Below are positions 61,612 to 64,000 of a stretch of DNA of 64,000 bases, in pieces. The notes beneath the pieces are model-generated. The model saw only the letters and a list, made by a program, of their open reading frames with translations, was not told the DNA's origin and made no database searches. Numbering within the stretch: position 1 is the stretch's first letter; every line of letters starts with the position of its first letter. The position numbers and the translations under genes were made by a program. Origin of the DNA: Takakia lepidozioides (taxonomy: Eukaryota; Plantae; Bryophyta); NCBI GenBank assembly GCA_030704615.1, contig CM060733.1, positions 38,688,001-38,752,000 on the forward strand, written 5' to 3'.

Positions 61612-64000
61612 ATGTACCCCAAAAACGGAGATCTTTTTCCATTTTGGCTGGGACTTATGCCGCCTGAAGGGCGTGGCTCTCCTGAGAGAGACCTCACATC
61701 CAAACCGCGGCGGAAGTTGAAAGCTCTGTACTACGGACGACGGCCAATCTCTCGCATGGCCAAACTGAAGCTCCAGCAGGAGATTCCAGTGTCTTGCTCA
61801 CAACCTGCGCCAACTGAAGCCGAGTACTCTCAGGCAAGCCACTTCTGCTTTCGCTTTGTTCGATTTCTTTTTTGCTTTCGCTTTGTTGCCTCGCTTTGTT
61901 TTTGCATCTTCATCCTGGCTTCGCTGGATGAGTGAACTTTAGATAGTTGAGTGAACCTTAGATTGTTTGCAATGCGTGTGCAAATCCGGCAGCTCTGGAG
62001 AAGGCTGCTTGTGCATGTCATTCTCAGGCAATGGTTGCATTTGTTTTCATTGTTGTTGCATGGCTCTCCATACTTCCTAAGCTTGTTATGTTTTCATTTT
62101 TGTTACACGATTGTTGCTATGGTGGTTGCGCTACTCGTTGCGATGTTGGTTTTTGCACCGATGTTGGTTTTCACGATTTTTGGGAATGACAGAGTGACGA
62201 CGAGCCCGGCACGCTGGTGGTATCATCGACAGCTCCAACTCATCGCATGTTTGAATCGCCCAACTTGGGGCGAGAGGGCAAACTTAAACCTTTTGTTGGT
62301 GGACGGGAGGACTTGCAACGAGAGTACGACAGAATAGGCATTGGGGAGGTTGGTGCAGGCGGCATGGCAGGTGAAGGGCGTGAGGACATGAGGACACCAG
62401 ATCCGGCAATGGAGGTTGTTGATGCACATGCAGTAGGGCCCGCCCACGCAAAGAAAAAGAAGAAAGCTAAGCACATGCAATCCCCGGCGAGAGAGCCGTC
62501 ACGGGCTGCGGAGGGGGGAGTGAGCAGTGCGCGCGAGGGTGTCAGTTCACCTCAATCAAAGGTGGTCGTCCATCCGGGCTCCCCTGCTGCTAGCCCTAGT
62601 AAGAAACAGAAAGCCCGTGAGAGGGCAAAAGAGAGGGCAAAAGAACAGACGAGACAGAATGCTAGCCAGGAGGAAAGAGAAAAGGCCACTGAAGAGGCCA
62701 AGGGTGCCCAAATGACAGATGCCAATGTAAGCGAGGGACGCACAGAGACGGTGGATCCCTCCAAGACACCACAGAGAGGCAGTAACACACCGGTTAGACC
62801 ATCGCGGGCAAGAGCAGCCCCTGCAATTACCCATACGGTGGAGACTGGAGGAGAGGAAAGAACACCAGAAAGAGCACGGATTGTGCAAGTTCGAGGTGAA
62901 GCCAGGGAGAGGGCAGTAGAGACGGGGAGAGTGCTGGAGGTGGTTTCGTAGGTGGCTGACCCTGTTGAGGAGGACGACAGGGAGCTTTTTGACCAGGATG
63001 ACATCCTCCCGGACATCCCCAGGCCCCAAACCCGGAGCATACAGGCTGGATTTGGCGGTCCTGGTGGGCTGCCGGAAAACCCCTCTGCAGCAGACGTCAT
63101 GTCCGAGGCGGATATGAAGTTGGCCGCTGCCAAGATGTTGGAGGCAACCCACAGCAACATTGGCAGGGTGCTGGGGGGCATGGTGTACCCGGCCAAGCTT
63201 CGAATTCCCCTTTGCCGCTTGGTGTCATTGCAGGTGGTGAGACCTGCCCTCCAAGCGATATCGACAAGCTGAAATTCTCTTTCCGGGATGGATATCGAAT
63301 GGGGTCTGCCGCGTTTTACGTTTCCATTGAGAACGACCACGGAGCTTCCCGTGCCCACACTTCCGATGAGGTGGACAAATGGGGTCCCCATTGGCAAACG
63401 TGAAATGAGGAGTTCGAGAGATCGATTGCTAGTGATCCTCTTTTCCAGCACTTGTCCGGTAAGATGTTCTACGTGTGGGACGGCAATCATCGCCTCCTGG
63501 CATGGATGGAGCACATTGCCCAAGCCCACCCCAACGACCTCGATTGGCATTTCGCCGTGGATTGTGTTGTGCTGAAGGTTGCGGGGCCCAAAGATCGCAG
63601 TCTTCTCAAAGCTGCAATGGCCGACATCAACTCGTAAGCTACAACGCCTCTCGCTTTTGGACTTTGAATTTGGAAGTCATTTCATTGCGAATCCTCATAT
63701 ATGATGAAAATTCCCATTTCAGTATTGTTTGATGGAAATGTGGCACTGCAGGGTGACTGAGAATGCCTTCATTGCCACCAACTTGTCCCATATGCTCTTT
63801 CGAGTGAAGGATGTCGGGAAGCAGGGGGTGCAAGAGTTTGCCAATTCCCTCAGTGCCGACCTCCTGCGCAAGTCGGAGGCAAAGGCAGATAGAACCTGGT
63901 ATAGGCTGAGCATCGACGCCATGGTGGACTACATATTTCGGGTAAAGCTCCTGACAGTTTTGTTGAGCTAATCTGTCTCTCCTCCCCAATAGAAGAAATT
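61612..64000 (+). pseudogene. Spliced ParB-like / DNA methyltransferase-fold gene, copy 3 (5' exons; runs off the window)
   Basis: Putative exon to 61833, GC-AG intron 61834-62192, large exon 62193-63633 (stop at 62949, frameshift near 63250; WDGNHR at 63476), and exon 63752-63941. Confidence 0.75.

Larger units (their letters stand above)
58262..64000. mobile_element. MULE-like DNA transposon copy 3 (central part: transposase on -, palindrome array, ParB-MTase gene on +)
   Basis: Divergent gene pair around the 60400-61455 array. 61100-64000 matches copies 1 and 2. Confidence 0.85.

Noticed and set aside
61951-62337. Hydrophobic, membrane-protein-like ORF (also 42935-43216)
   Set aside because: It lies mostly in the T-rich predicted intron, so the hydrophobicity follows from base composition.

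Overview
This window holds eukaryotic, plant-type repeat DNA with no host gene and one 500-N gap (32963-33462). Two element families are nested and rearranged. (1) There are six + strand pieces (A-F) of one non-chromovirus Ty3/gypsy LTR retrotransposon family, with a ~980-bp LTR, PBS TGGCGACCATACTGGGG, a 5' extra ORF, gag with 3 CCHC knuckles, PR-RT-RH-INT and a long 3' extra ORF that looks fused in frame to pol. Two TGTAGTGTGAA-ended insertions of another family sit inside them. (2) There are three partial copies and one fragment of a GC-rich DNA transposon ending in GGGGGCTRCTATTTCATGAGCG. It carries a Mutator-like (MULE) DDE transposase gene and, transcribed divergently, a ~10-exon gene reconstructed here as a ~1,450-1,500-aa protein with a ParB/Srx-like domain (VWDGNHR) and a beta-class N4C/N6A DNA-methyltransferase fold (DMILLDIPD ... 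RILDLTCGTG|ASMWAG..DRHVFAFEPD). Its non-coding DNA is packed with GGAAATTCGGCGCCGAATTTCC-type palindromes spaced 53, 85 and 95-96 bp apart, each an integer number of ~10.6-bp helical turns. This transposase + ParB-methyltransferase + phased-palindrome module is the main candidate novel system. All copies are pseudogenised, and some stretches look like low-quality consensus. Domain calls come from motif recognition by eye; no database searches were run.
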